Positions 10,158 to 20,388 are shown, counted from the first letter of the stretch. The stretch: DNA of 64,000 nt from an uncultured Ginsengibacter sp. (GCA_964526985.1 CAZGNJ010000004.1:94618-158617); one strand, 5' to 3'. The notes: a model not told the origin generated them from the letters alone. A program made the numbers and translations.

Positions 10158-12065
10158 ATGAACTATCCTTATCAGATCACCAGCCAGGAGGCTTACAATG
10201 CGGCCTATAAAAAAAGTGTAGAAGACCCTGAAGGTTTTTGGAGTGAATTAGCATCCAATTTTGTGTGGCGGAAAAAATGGGACAAAGTACTGGAATGGAA
10301 TTTTACAGAGCCAAACGTGAAATGGTTTATTGGCGGCAAACTGAACATTACGGAAAACTGCCTGGACCAATGGGCTAAGAAACAACCTGATACACCTGCC
10401 ATTGTATGGGAGCCCAATGATCCTAATGAAAAGAGTGTGTCTCTTTCCTACAAAGAATTACTGAATAAGGTGATCGAATTCGCGGTAGTTCTCAGGAATA
10501 ATGGTGTAAAAAAAGGAGACAGGGTTTGTATCTATATGCCAATGATACCTGAACTGGCTATTGCCATGCTGGCGTGTGCGCGAATAGGAGCTATTCACAA
10601 TATTGTTTTCGGTGGGTTCAGCGCCAAGAGCATCCGCGACAGGATAGAAGACAGCCAATGCAGCTTTGCCATCACATCAGACGGCGCTTACAGAGGTGCG
10701 AAATCTATAGACCTGAAGGCTGCTATGGACAAGGCTCTGGAGGGAGAGACTACGGTAAAAAAAGTAATCGTATTTAATCGTACAGGCAATACCGTTACCA
10801 TGAAAGAAGGCCGCGACCTTTGGTGGCATGATGAGATAGCAAAATTGAAAGGACAAAATCTCAGCGACCCCATTGAAGAGATGGATGCTGAAGACATGCT
10901 TTATATACTATACACATCCGGATCTACCGGCAAGCCGAAGGGTGTTGTTCATACTACAGCAGGATACATGATCTACACTACCTACACCTTCGTCAATGTA
11001 TTTCAGTACAAACCCGGCGATATGTATTTCTGTACTGCCGATATCGGATGGGTAACAGGTCATAGTTACATTGTTTATGGTCCATTGGCAGCGGGAGCTA
11101 CCTCACTGATGTTTGAAGGTATCCCTACCTATCCTGATGCCGGCAGATTTTGGGATATTGTAGATAAATACAAAGTGAACATCATCTACACTGCACCTAC
11201 AGCTATCAGAAGCCTGATGGCACATGGACTGGATCCTTTGAAGGGAAAAGACATGAGTTCACTGAAAGTAATCGGCAGCGTGGGAGAGCCGATCAATGCA
11301 GAGGCATGGCAATGGTATTTCGAACATGTAGGAAAAAGCAATTGCCCTGTAGTAGATACCTGGTGGCAAACAGAAAACGGAGGAATCCTGATTTCAACCC
11401 TTGCAGGTATAACACCGTCGGTACCAACATTTGCAACGAATCCACTCCCTGGTGTACAGCCGGTATTAATGGATGAGCACGGTAATGAATTGAAAGGGAA
11501 TAATGTGGCAGGAAACCTGTGCATCAAATTTCCGTGGCCTTCCATGTTACGCACCACTTATGGAGACCATGAAAGATGCAGACTCAACTACTTCACAGCA
11601 TATCCCGGATATTACTTCAGTGGCGATGGAGCGTTGAGAGATGAGAACGGATACTATCGTATCACGGGCCGTGTGGATGATGTATTGAATGTGAGCGGCC
11701 ACAGGATAGGAACTGCCGAAGTAGAAAATGCGATCAACGTGCAGGATAGCGTGGTAGAAAGCGCTGTCGTTGGTTTTCCGCATGATATCAAAGGACAGGC
11801 ATTGTATGCATTTGTGATACTCGATGGAAAGATTTCTGAAGCCGACGCCCTCGCAAAGATCAATGACGCTGTCAATAAAGAGATCGGGCACTTCGCCCGG
11901 CCTGATAAAATTCAGTTTGTAAAAGGACTTCCCAAAACAAGAAGCGGAAAGATCATGAGAAGGATCTTGCGAAAAATAGCCGAAGGTGAAATGGACAATC
12001 TCGGAGATACAACAACACTGCTGGATCCGGAAGTGGTGGAAGAGATCAAGAAGAACAGGCTATGA
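10158..12065 (+). CDS. acs: Acetyl-CoA synthetase
   Basis: YTSGSTGKPKG, ADIGWVTGHSY, SVGEPIN, DTWWQTE, GRVDDV, PKTRSGKIMRR. Confidence 0.97.
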   Translation: MNYPYQITSQEAYNAAYKKSVEDPEGFWSELASNFVWRKKWDKVLEWNFTEPNVKWFIGGKLNITENCLDQWAKKQPDTPAIVWEPNDPNEKSVSLSYKELLNKVIEFAVVLRNNGVKKGDRVCIYMPMIPELAIAMLACARIGAIHNIVFGGFSAKSIRDRIEDSQCSFAITSDGAYRGAKSIDLKAAMDKALEGETTVKKVIVFNRTGNTVTMKEGRDLWWHDEIAKLKGQNLSDPIEEMDAEDMLYILYTSGSTGKPKGVVHTTAGYMIYTTYTFVNVFQYKPGDMYFCTADIGWVTGHSYIVYGPLAAGATSLMFEGIPTYPDAGRFWDIVDKYKVNIIYTAPTAIRSLMAHGLDPLKGKDMSSLKVIGSVGEPINAEAWQWYFEHVGKSNCPVVDTWWQTENGGILISTLAGITPSVPTFATNPLPGVQPVLMDEHGNELKGNNVAGNLCIKFPWPSMLRTTYGDHERCRLNYFTAYPGYYFSGDGALRDENGYYRITGRVDDVLNVSGHRIGTAEVENAINVQDSVVESAVVGFPHDIKGQALYAFVILDGKISEADALAKINDAVNKEIGHFARPDKIQFVKGLPKTRSGKIMRRILRKIAEGEMDNLGDTTTLLDPEVVEEIKKNRL

Positions 12066-12100
12066 TCTGTCAATCTTAAACAAAACATTGTAATAAAAGG

Positions 12101-12132
12101 AAGACCATTGTCAATAAGGCAATGGTCTTTTT
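12101..12132 (+). terminator. Rho-independent terminator after acs
   Basis: AAGACCATTG-loop-CAATGGTCTT then a T-run. Confidence 0.7.
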
Positions 12133-12307
12133 CTACCGGGAAGAATATGCCACGCATTGCTAGAGAAGGATCGTAGTCCTTCGAAATCCAATTTACCCAA
12201 AAGCAATTCTCACAATACCATTTCAAATCTGCAAAAATTAGTGGCAAGGTATGCAGTCCACCTTTCACCTGATACCTGCCACTAAAAACAACCTACTTTC
12301 TCATTCA

Positions 12308-12961
12308 TCAATTAGTTTTGACCAGGCCTCCTCCCCTTTTTCTCAGAAAAATCAATACGCCGCCAACAAGGACCAGGAGAATCCCGAAGCCGGTAATAAT
12401 GGTATTCATAAATCCAACACTGGTATGGTAAGTGAGGACAGCCTTTCCAAAACTATCCTTCTCCACTTTACCATCCTTTGCACCTGCCGGAAGATAGATC
12501 TGCTGGGTTTGCTCAACCAAACCTCCGTTAACAGCATAATTTGCATCCAATTTAAATTGCTGATCATTGATCTTCATGATATCCGGGTCTTTGGTATCCA
12601 GTTCCGCTTTCCACTTGCCAGCCTTATCCACTGAAGCTACTGCCAGCGCTTTCATCTCCAGCGTGTAGGTACGTTCCATCTGATCTTCATTATACTTAAA
12701 GTCTTTTAGAAAAAACTTTGGCATTCCTTTCTCTATCTGGCGTTTGAGTAAAGAAGTATTGTTGCCCAGGCTTCTCTTGAACATATCCCATTGTGATGCA
12801 TTCAGTTTCATAGTCACAGAAATAGAAGCATTGCCCAATTCATCCAGTTTGATTTCCATTTTCTGTTTCGTTCCTTTGATTTCTTCCTGCCCTGCTGCTG
12901 AGAATCCCGCGAAGGATATTCCACTAAATAGAATGCATATACGAAAAATATTTGTTTTCAT
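12308..12961 (-). CDS. Exported protein of unknown function with a C-terminal TM anchor and basic tail
   Basis: N-terminal signal peptide; beta-rich body; IITGFGILLVLVGGVLIFL followed by RKR; starts 5 nt after the upstream gene. Confidence 0.8.
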   Translation of the reverse strand: MKTNIFRICILFSGISFAGFSAAGQEEIKGTKQKMEIKLDELGNASISVTMKLNASQWDMFKRSLGNNTSLLKRQIEKGMPKFFLKDFKYNEDQMERTYTLEMKALAVASVDKAGKWKAELDTKDPDIMKINDQQFKLDANYAVNGGLVEQTQQIYLPAGAKDGKVEKDSFGKAVLTYHTSVGFMNTIITGFGILLVLVGGVLIFLRKRGGGLVKTN

Positions 12962-12966
12962 GATTG

Positions 12967-14694
12967 TTATCTTAAAGAGTTGAGAATATTCTGAATAGAC
13001 TGTTGAAATTTATTTCCATATCCACTGGTAGTGCCCACCGCAATACCTGCCATTCCTCCATTTGCAGGCTTGAATGCAGCCACCCATTGTATAGACATTT
13101 CGCCTCCCCCGGACTCGCCCTGTATCAAGGTGAAATTTCCACTCTGCCCGGCAGGTGCATATTGCAGGTATCCTCCTCTCGCCTGCACATTCTGTTGTAC
13201 AATCCGGATAGCCTGTTCTGCGCTCTGCACACCGGGAAACTGATATACTTCCAGGTAAGCATTGCCTGACGGATCTGAAAATAATTTCTTCAGTTGTCGT
13301 ACCGCGTCCGGCGATGCCTGGATGCTCTGCCATGATCCGGGATACGCGAAGGATACCGCACCATTGTAGGTACGATAACCCGATGGTGCGCCGGAATTAT
13401 TACCTGTGTTTCCACCACCCGTATTTCCACCACCACCCGCATTACCGCCACCGTTGTCCGTCGTGTTTTGCTGCATATTTCCCTGCGGCATGTTGTTGGT
13501 GTTTAGGGCATAGTTCAGTTCAAAACTCTGAGCTATCTCATCAATTTTCTGTCGGAGAAATTGATCATCTTTTAATTCCATTGCCAGCGCTCCGTTCTTA
13601 ATTGCTTCACGAACGTCCAATACCTGGTAACGATCATCGCCCGACTGTACCCCTTTCATAAACTCTCCCAATTCCTTCATTCCTGTCGCAAAAGCTTGCT
13701 GAGCGGTAGCTCTGCCTCCCATTCCCTCGCCGCCGATGCCCGTAGCCTCTATTGCGTAATATTGTCCTTTCATTCGGAAACCCGGATAAGCATGCCCCGG
13801 AATAAAATAAATAACAGGATCTAACCCTGCATTCATCATAACACTTGCATACAATATTGACAATTCAATACACAACCCTGTTTTGCCCGTAACTACTTCC
13901 CTCGGCAGCCGGATGCTTTGTGTAACTGAAGAAATACCATTATCCTGGGAGGGGACACCGCTGGTACCGCTATAAACCATGTGGCTCAGGTAAGTAGCAT
14001 CATAAATTCCACCCAGGAACCGTACGCCTTCTTCGGGCTTGTTCTCTACGCTGGCAGCTTCACCTTTCAAAATCTTCTCCTGTATTTTCTGGGTGAAGTA
14101 TTTTATAATGGGATCTTCGGGAGTTACAAAACAACTGATAAGGGTATTGTTGTCAAAAAATTCTCCGGGAGTTCTGATCTCATCATAGGGAATAAAAGTG
14201 TACATGAATTCATTGCGTCCTTTTATTTCTATAGGAAAAGTTTCTTCCACGTCATTCAGGTTACTCCCGGTAATTTTGATGTTTACCTTTTCTTTGGAAG
14301 GAGTCGTTTTTTCAACAATCTTCTGATCAAAGGCAGGATAACAATTGACTACTACAGATTGGTTGGGAAGTAATACCGGAATCTTCTGGATGGATTTTTT
14401 TTCGATATATCCCGGAATCTCTATAGAAACATCAACGTTTCTCGCCGTTGCACTACTGTTATTTGTTACAAGCATTTTGAACAATGAATACTTGCCTTCG
14501 AGGGCATCTTCATTTTCATAAACTTTGTAAACCGCCGGCATGATGACTGGCGCATGATCGATTTTAATCTCCAGGTTGGCTTTTGAAACCAGTCCTGTTA
14601 ATGGCTTTCGGAATAGAACCCCTGCTCCTAATAGTATCAGTACCACGGGGACAACGATACTCTTGCTTTTTGTTAATTGATGAATGGCTTTCAT
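12967..14694 (-). CDS. Membrane-anchored transglutaminase-like (papain-fold Cys) protein with a Gly/Asn linker and a C-terminal PsbP/Mog1-like domain
   Basis: N-terminal TM; Ig-like segment; QSIRLPREV..GLCIELSILYAS, PGHAYPG, AIEATG (putative Cys-His-Glu triad); GGGNAGGGGNTGGGNTG linker; VSFAYPGSW start of the last domain. Confidence 0.72.
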   Translation of the reverse strand: MKAIHQLTKSKSIVVPVVLILLGAGVLFRKPLTGLVSKANLEIKIDHAPVIMPAVYKVYENEDALEGKYSLFKMLVTNNSSATARNVDVSIEIPGYIEKKSIQKIPVLLPNQSVVVNCYPAFDQKIVEKTTPSKEKVNIKITGSNLNDVEETFPIEIKGRNEFMYTFIPYDEIRTPGEFFDNNTLISCFVTPEDPIIKYFTQKIQEKILKGEAASVENKPEEGVRFLGGIYDATYLSHMVYSGTSGVPSQDNGISSVTQSIRLPREVVTGKTGLCIELSILYASVMMNAGLDPVIYFIPGHAYPGFRMKGQYYAIEATGIGGEGMGGRATAQQAFATGMKELGEFMKGVQSGDDRYQVLDVREAIKNGALAMELKDDQFLRQKIDEIAQSFELNYALNTNNMPQGNMQQNTTDNGGGNAGGGGNTGGGNTGNNSGAPSGYRTYNGAVSFAYPGSWQSIQASPDAVRQLKKLFSDPSGNAYLEVYQFPGVQSAEQAIRIVQQNVQARGGYLQYAPAGQSGNFTLIQGESGGGEMSIQWVAAFKPANGGMAGIAVGTTSGYGNKFQQSIQNILNSLR

Positions 14695-14983
14695 AATAAT
14701 TATTTTTCAGGTAATAAATGGACGAGAACCAAAACCTAATTGTTATTTGTTTTAAATCGTAGAAACACTCCCGATGTCATCAAAAAAGAAAAGGATTAAT
14801 AAAAAATATTTTGACTGTTTCTTACACCATCCTGAAATTCAAAATCGTCCGTAGATTTTCGGGTATTATCCCTGGTCTTGGCAAGGGTACCGGTTAATCG
14901 AGATATTGTTTCAGAATAATCCATTCTCCTGAACCTAGATTTTGCAGTGAATATTTGATTTGCTTCAATAATTACATAACCAA

Positions 14984-14991
14984 TACATTTG
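14984..14991 (+). promoter_or_regulatory. -7 promoter box TACATTTG
   Basis: TAnnTTTG 18 nt before the aminopeptidase ATG. Confidence 0.6.
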
Positions 14992-15009
14992 TGCCCAAAA
15001 TAAATATCA

Positions 15010-17451
15010 ATGAAAAAGATTTTGCTCCTGATCCCTGTGCTGTTTTTCGTCTCATTTTCCAATGCACAGAAAACGGATTTTTCTGATACGGCATGGAAAC
15101 ATGAGTATCGTGGCTCCTATCCTATCATCAACAACCTGGTACATACCAAACTCGATGTACGTTTTGATTTTCCAAAACAGATCATGTACGGAAAGGCGTG
15201 GTTGACTTTGAAACCGCACTTCTATCCTACCGACTCTCTGGAGTTGGATGCAAAGTATATGGACATAAAAGAAGTAGCCATTTTAAAAGGCACCGTGAAG
15301 TCTAAATTAAAATACAGTTACGATAGCCTGAAGTTGTACATTACCCTGGACAAGACTTACAAAAAGGATGAGCAATACACCGTTTACATCGATTACATTT
15401 CACGACCGGAAGATGTGAAGTCTGTAGGAAGCGCCGCAATCACAGAAGCCAAAGGATTGTATTTTATCAACGGCGATGGCAAAGGAAAATACATGACGCA
15501 ACTGTGGACACAAGGCGAAACAGAAGCCAACAGCGTATGGATGCCTACCATCGACAAACCTGATCAGAAAACAACGCAGGAAATCTCTATGACAGTACCC
15601 GGCAACATGGTAACACTGAGCAACGGACTGATGACTTCTCAAAAAAAGAATGCAGACGGCACACGCACCGATACCTGGAAAATGAACCTGCCCAATTCTC
15701 CGTATCTCTTCTTTATGGGTGCCGGCGATTTTGCCATCATCAAAGACAAATACAAGAACATTCCTGTCAATTATTATGTAGAAAAGGAATATGCTTCTGT
15801 GGCCAAGAAAATCTTTGGAGAGACACCTAAGATGATTGAGTTCTTTTCCAAAATTTTGAATTATCCTTTTGCGTGGCCCAAGTATGATCAAATGGTGGGA
15901 AGAGAATATGTAAGTGGCGCAATGGAAAATACTACGGCTACCTTGCACCAGGATGGCGCATATCAAAACGCCCGTGAACTCGTGGATGGCAACCGTTGGG
16001 AAAGCGTCATCGCTCACGAACTATTCCATCATTGGTTCGGAGACCTTGTTACTACAGAGAGTTGGAGCAACATAACCGTGAACGAATCCTTTGCTAATTA
16101 TTCTGAATACCTGTGGAACGAATACCGCCATGGCAAAGACTATGCAGATGACAAAGGATTCGAAGACATGCAGGGCTACCTGATGAGCAATAGCAGCAAC
16201 AAGGATTTAGTAAGGTTTTTTTACAAAGACAAAGAAGATGTTTTCGATGCTGTGAGTTATAATAAAGGTGGAAGAATATTACACATGCTTAGAAACTTTG
16301 TAGGTGATGATGCTTTCTTCGCTTCATTGCATAAATATCTTACCGATAATAAATTTCAGCCGGCCGAGGCACAGCAGCTCAGGTTGGCATTTGAAGCCGT
16401 TACAGGAAAAGATATGAATTGGTTTTGGAATGAATGGTACTATGGCAGTGGAGAACCTCATCTCGATATTTCCTACAAATACGAAAATGGCAACCAGGTT
16501 GTGTATGTAAAGCAAACGCAGAAAGGCCAGATTTTTACAATACCCGTTTATATTGATGTCTATAGTACTGCCAGTCAGAAAACAAGATATAAGGTATGGC
16601 TTAAAAATGCTGTTGATTCCTTCTACTTCCCTTCGGTACAAAAACCTTCATGGGTGAATGTAGATGCAGACAAAGTATTGCTTGCCATCAAGGACGATCA
16701 CAAGACACCTGATGAATTCGAACTGCAATACAAGAATGGAAGCAATTATTTAGACCGGCGTGAAGCATTGGAATTTTTTGCAGCCAGGGAATCATCAAAC
16801 CTGGTTTTGGGATTGAATGATAAATATTCCGGACTTCGTTTGCTGACACTCGAACTTCTGCAAAATACTCCGCTTATACAGGCGCCATCTACACTTTCCA
16901 TCATTGCACAAATTGCAGCAAAAGATCCGGACAAACTGACCCAGGCCAAGGCATTGGAAGTCCTTGCGGCTACCAAGTCACCTGAGTATAGTTCAATTTT
17001 TGAAAAGTTTTTGAACGACTCTTCTTATTCTGTTTCCGGCGCAGCACTGGAAGGGTACGCAACTACGAATCCGGACAAGGCTTACGAAATGGCAAAGTCT
17101 TTGGCTAAAGATGCAAAGGGTGGGAGTGGCCAGGCCGTTTCCAAAATACTGTTTGGTATGGGCAAAGAAGCAGACTTCGACATGCTGCTTGGTATCTTCA
17201 ACGGATTGCCACTCAGCAATGACAAGATCATGGCTGCCATGAGTTTTGCGAGGTACCTGACTAAAGTGAGCGACGCTGAAAAAGCAAAGAAAGGTGCTGA
17301 TGCCATTTTAGAAACAAGAAATGGTGTACCTGAACAATATCGTTCTTATGTCGATCCTGCATTCCAAAAAGCATTGGATGCCATTGCTGATGCGCAATTA
17401 AAAGCTGGTCATACTGATGTAGCCAATTACATCAGGAATTTGCTGAAATAG
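15010..17451 (+). CDS. M1 family Zn aminopeptidase with a C-terminal HEAT-like region
   Basis: Signal peptide; WTQGE; GAMEN; HELFHHW-x-NESFA (HEXXH-18-E); YNKG. Confidence 0.95.
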   Translation: MKKILLLIPVLFFVSFSNAQKTDFSDTAWKHEYRGSYPIINNLVHTKLDVRFDFPKQIMYGKAWLTLKPHFYPTDSLELDAKYMDIKEVAILKGTVKSKLKYSYDSLKLYITLDKTYKKDEQYTVYIDYISRPEDVKSVGSAAITEAKGLYFINGDGKGKYMTQLWTQGETEANSVWMPTIDKPDQKTTQEISMTVPGNMVTLSNGLMTSQKKNADGTRTDTWKMNLPNSPYLFFMGAGDFAIIKDKYKNIPVNYYVEKEYASVAKKIFGETPKMIEFFSKILNYPFAWPKYDQMVGREYVSGAMENTTATLHQDGAYQNARELVDGNRWESVIAHELFHHWFGDLVTTESWSNITVNESFANYSEYLWNEYRHGKDYADDKGFEDMQGYLMSNSSNKDLVRFFYKDKEDVFDAVSYNKGGRILHMLRNFVGDDAFFASLHKYLTDNKFQPAEAQQLRLAFEAVTGKDMNWFWNEWYYGSGEPHLDISYKYENGNQVVYVKQTQKGQIFTIPVYIDVYSTASQKTRYKVWLKNAVDSFYFPSVQKPSWVNVDADKVLLAIKDDHKTPDEFELQYKNGSNYLDRREALEFFAARESSNLVLGLNDKYSGLRLLTLELLQNTPLIQAPSTLSIIAQIAAKDPDKLTQAKALEVLAATKSPEYSSIFEKFLNDSSYSVSGAALEGYATTNPDKAYEMAKSLAKDAKGGSGQAVSKILFGMGKEADFDMLLGIFNGLPLSNDKIMAAMSFARYLTKVSDAEKAKKGADAILETRNGVPEQYRSYVDPAFQKALDAIADAQLKAGHTDVANYIRNLLK

Positions 17452-17477
17452 GAATAGACCGATTGGATAAATTTCAT

Positions 17478-17510
17478 ACCCTTTGCTTTTGAAAAAGGCA
17501 AAGGGTTTTT
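17478..17510 (+). terminator. Rho-independent terminator after the aminopeptidase
   Basis: ACCCTTTGC...GCAAAGGGT followed by TTTT. Confidence 0.75.
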
Positions 17511-17680
17511 GTTTTGACTGCATTTGCTTTTTATGGTACATACGAGGCGATTACGTTAACTTTTGCTTCTTATATTATGTCCTTCAACTAAGAAGTTTTA
17601 ATGTTAGCGTTTTGAAATTGCCATCTTTGTTACCATTGGCTATTGTTGCAACACAAAGTAGAATATCCGCATATCCATTA

Positions 17681-17799
17681 CTTCCCCGAAGCGGCTCCGG
17701 CAAGGGATGCTGCGGTCACATGAATTTCCACTTGTACATGGTATGACTTTTTTTATTGATTTGCAGCGTCCTCTTTGGGAGAGACGCTGCTTTGAAGAA
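17681..17799. repeat. Degenerate repeat copy 1, ending in hairpin GCAGCGTC-CTCTTTGGGAGA-GACGCTGC
   Basis: 37 nt (17754-17790) identical to 18561-18597; upstream CTCCGGCAAGGGA also shared. Confidence 0.85.
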
Positions 17800-17897
17800 A
17801 TTATTGCACTCGGATACTCACCCTTAATTTTATTTGGATTTGTCCACTCAGCTTTTGAACTTTCATGATACCTTACTTTATTTCAGCCGGCGTCTGG

Positions 17898-17929
17898 CAT
17901 ATTTGCGTATTCTATGATATGCAAATATG
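17898..17929. repeat. Palindromic hairpin downstream of the SnoaL gene
   Basis: CATATTTGCGTAT-TCTATG-ATATGCAAATATG. Confidence 0.6.
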
Positions 17930-17961
17930 TTTGCTGGGCGTAGTTTTTTATTTTAAGGAAA

Positions 17962-18378
17962 TTATCTAAATGCTTCTCCAGCAATATAGGTGTCGAAAAA
18001 TTCTTGAAACTTTTTTATTTTATGATTTTCAAGCACAACATAATGGACGAAGTCTGAGGAGTAAACCTTTTGAGTCTTTATAGCTTTGCATGTCATACTC
18101 CCGATTACTGCAACAGAATCAACATCTGTTAGAAACCTTTTAGGCAAAAGTTCTAATATTTCTTCTGAACCTTTGCCAATATTTATCCAATCTAAGAAGC
18201 CTTTATGCCCATGTCTGGTTCCTCCGGCAGGGTTATATGGATTTTCAGGCTCCCCCCATTCAACATTTTCATCCAAAATATCCAAGATTCTGTCTATGTC
18301 TCTTTTTGAAAAGGCGTCATAAAGAGACTTTACAGTAGCGATATTTTTATCTGTCTTATTCACAACTTGTTCTTTCAT
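17962..18378 (-). CDS. SnoaL/NTF2-like (ketosteroid isomerase-like) protein
   Basis: VKSLYDAFSKRDID..ILDENVEW, GGTRHGH, FVHYVVLENHKIKKFQEFFDT. Confidence 0.88.
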   Translation of the reverse strand: MKEQVVNKTDKNIATVKSLYDAFSKRDIDRILDILDENVEWGEPENPYNPAGGTRHGHKGFLDWINIGKGSEEILELLPKRFLTDVDSVAVIGSMTCKAIKTQKVYSSDFVHYVVLENHKIKKFQEFFDTYIAGEAFR

Positions 18379-18460
18379 TTGTCTTACCCTGAAATAGGTT
18401 GACCATTTTTTATTTAAAAATAGGGTTTAAAATTGTAACCAGGAACATTGATATGTTTTG

Positions 18461-18607
18461 CTTCCTCACAGGTCTCCGGCAAGGGACACTGAGTTCAAAG
18501 GATTTTCCGTTTGTAATAGCATGGCTTCTTTTATTGGAATGAAGTACAATTAATCGTTCGTATTGATTTGCAGCGTCCTCTTTGGGAGAGACGCTGCCAT
18601 GAAGAAT
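18461..18607. repeat. Degenerate repeat copy 2 with the same hairpin
   Basis: Shares CTTCC, CTCCGGCAAGGGA, TATTGATTTGCAGCGTCCTCTTTGGGAGAGACGCTGC and TGAAGAA with copy 1; has a ~27-nt insertion. Confidence 0.85.
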
Positions 18608-18711
18608 ATCTTTTCATGGTTTTCCTTGTCTATAATGTCCATAAAAACGACAAACTTCTTTTGATTAAAAAGAGAACCGTATTCAAATAGTTCTTTAAGA
18701 ATCTCTTTCAT
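18550..18711 (-). pseudogene. 53-codon ORF, possibly a gene fragment running into the repeat hairpin
   Basis: Manual translation MKEILKELFEYGSLFNQKKFVVFMDIIDKENHEKIFFMAASLPKRTLQINTND; the last ~15 codons come from the repeat. Confidence 0.3.
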
Positions 18712-18753
18712 CTGTCTATTTGTTTCTGTTTGGCGTCACTCTTTTTCTGACCG

Positions 18754-18990
18754 CTAACGATTTTGGCGTTTATTTTTTGAGATTAAAATTCTGATGTCTA
18801 GAAACAAGTAAATACAAGCAGCTACAATTACTCCAATTCCTTTCAATTTATCTTTAAGAGTTATCGGAGAGCTTGTCAATTTATCAATCCCGAACCAAAT
18901 GAGGAACACACAAAATAGATAAGCAAAAACCCGAACAATAGTTTTTTTTAAAGTCCATTCGGTATTTTCCTTTTGCGACAAATTTTGCAT
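18754..18990 (-). CDS. Small two-TM membrane protein, hypothetical
   Basis: Two hydrophobic helices and a basic C-terminus; AT-rich. Confidence 0.6.
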   Translation of the reverse strand: MQNLSQKENTEWTLKKTIVRVFAYLFCVFLIWFGIDKLTSSPITLKDKLKGIGVIVAACIYLFLDIRILISKNKRQNR

Positions 18991-19284
18991 TTATTGATAT
19001 TTTGTTCGTTAATTTATTTTTGTCATTTAGCAGGTTTCATAGGCGGTTTCAAATTTCTATTGCAACGCTTACATGAAAATAGGATTTGTTTTGGAATCTG
19101 CTTTTTCGATTCATGAATCCTCAGAATTTTAGGTTCAGAAAAAATCCCTTACCAGTCCATCGATATGTCCTTTTAAATACCATCACTTATCCTGGAAAAC
19201 ATAATGTGATCCTCTTGAAGCAAATGGTTTCACCTACCTGCACTAATCCCAGGTTCTTAATGATTGCAATAAAGATTCAGATGA

Positions 19285-20388
19285 TTACGACTTCCCTTTA
19301 CTCTTGTAAACGGTTCTGGAGTCGATACGTGTGTTATTCAGCAATTCCTCCACCGATTGATTGAGAATATCGTATTTCTTTGTCTTGAATAATTCCATCT
19401 TTTCTCGGGGCAATTGCAATTTGAAATCAGCGCCGGTTGACAATACATTTTCCATCTGCGGATTCAACAAAGTGAAGGTGGACATCTCCATGCCTGTCTC
19501 TTTTGCAATGACAGATGCTTTGAACCTGCCGGATATCATTTCAGTTGTTAAGTTTTCCTTTAGTGAGTCGGGAATGTTGGCAGTGATGGCATCCTGCGAA
19601 TAGATGGTTCCTTCGCCCTGGTTGCCATTCTCCATGATAAAGTGTGTGGCAATAAATTTCTTCACATGATTGCGCGATTCTTCGGGCAAGTAGTATTGCA
19701 ATTTCCAGAAGTCGTGGCTGCCGCTTCTCCTGATGGCGCTGTACACCCTCCCGGGTCCGCCATTGTATGCGGCAATGACTAGCAGCCAGTCATCGAGGTC
19801 ACGGTACAATTTCAAAAGATATTTCGCTGCAGCGTTAGTGCTCTTGGTGTAATCAGTTCTTTCGTCTATCGTAATATCCACCCGCAGTCCATAACCACGT
19901 GCCGTACCCGGCATAAACTGCCACGGCCCGCGTGCGCCGGCTACAGAAAGCGCGTACGATTTCAAATCACTCTCTATGACGGCAAGGTATTTCAACTCAT
20001 GAGGCAATCCATATTTTGAAAGTATGCCATCAATCAGATTAAAATAAGTCTCAGAACTCTTACCCAGTTTCTTGAGATACTCCGTATGCGACCTCAGGTA
20101 ATCCTGCATATAACTCTCCGCATAAGGATTGATCTGTTGTGAATATGGAATGAGCGGATTGTAAGTATAGTTCTTGAAAAGATTTTTGAACCCATATTTC
20201 GTGACCTGGCTCAGGTAGTCCACATTTTTCTTATCGGAAGGGCCGGAGGCGATCACATCATCTATTGCTTTCACTTCTACTTTGGGCATGGCGCTATCAC
20301 TGATCATGGCACTGTCCTTTACTTGCGCAAAACCAGTAACACCGGCCTGGCAAAAAACCAACAACAGTATGATCTTTACAAATCTCAT
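19285..20388 (-). CDS. Lytic murein transglycosylase (MltD-like SLT domain)
   Basis: LKYLAVIES (catalytic Glu), ARGPWQFMPGTA, DERTD, AAYNGG, LPEESRNHV. Confidence 0.92.
   Translation of the reverse strand: MRFVKIILLLVFCQAGVTGFAQVKDSAMISDSAMPKVEVKAIDDVIASGPSDKKNVDYLSQVTKYGFKNLFKNYTYNPLIPYSQQINPYAESYMQDYLRSHTEYLKKLGKSSETYFNLIDGILSKYGLPHELKYLAVIESDLKSYALSVAGARGPWQFMPGTARGYGLRVDITIDERTDYTKSTNAAAKYLLKLYRDLDDWLLVIAAYNGGPGRVYSAIRRSGSHDFWKLQYYLPEESRNHVKKFIATHFIMENGNQGEGTIYSQDAITANIPDSLKENLTTEMISGRFKASVIAKETGMEMSTFTLLNPQMENVLSTGADFKLQLPREKMELFKTKKYDILNQSVEELLNNTRIDSRTVYKSKGKS

Noticed and set aside
14796..15062. 88-aa ORF in the divergent promoter region
   Set aside because: Overlaps the aminopeptidase start and promoter on the opposite strand and has no motif
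17681..18607. Repeat pair as a CRISPR array
   Set aside because: Only two copies, ~800 nt apart with a gene between them; no cas genes in the window
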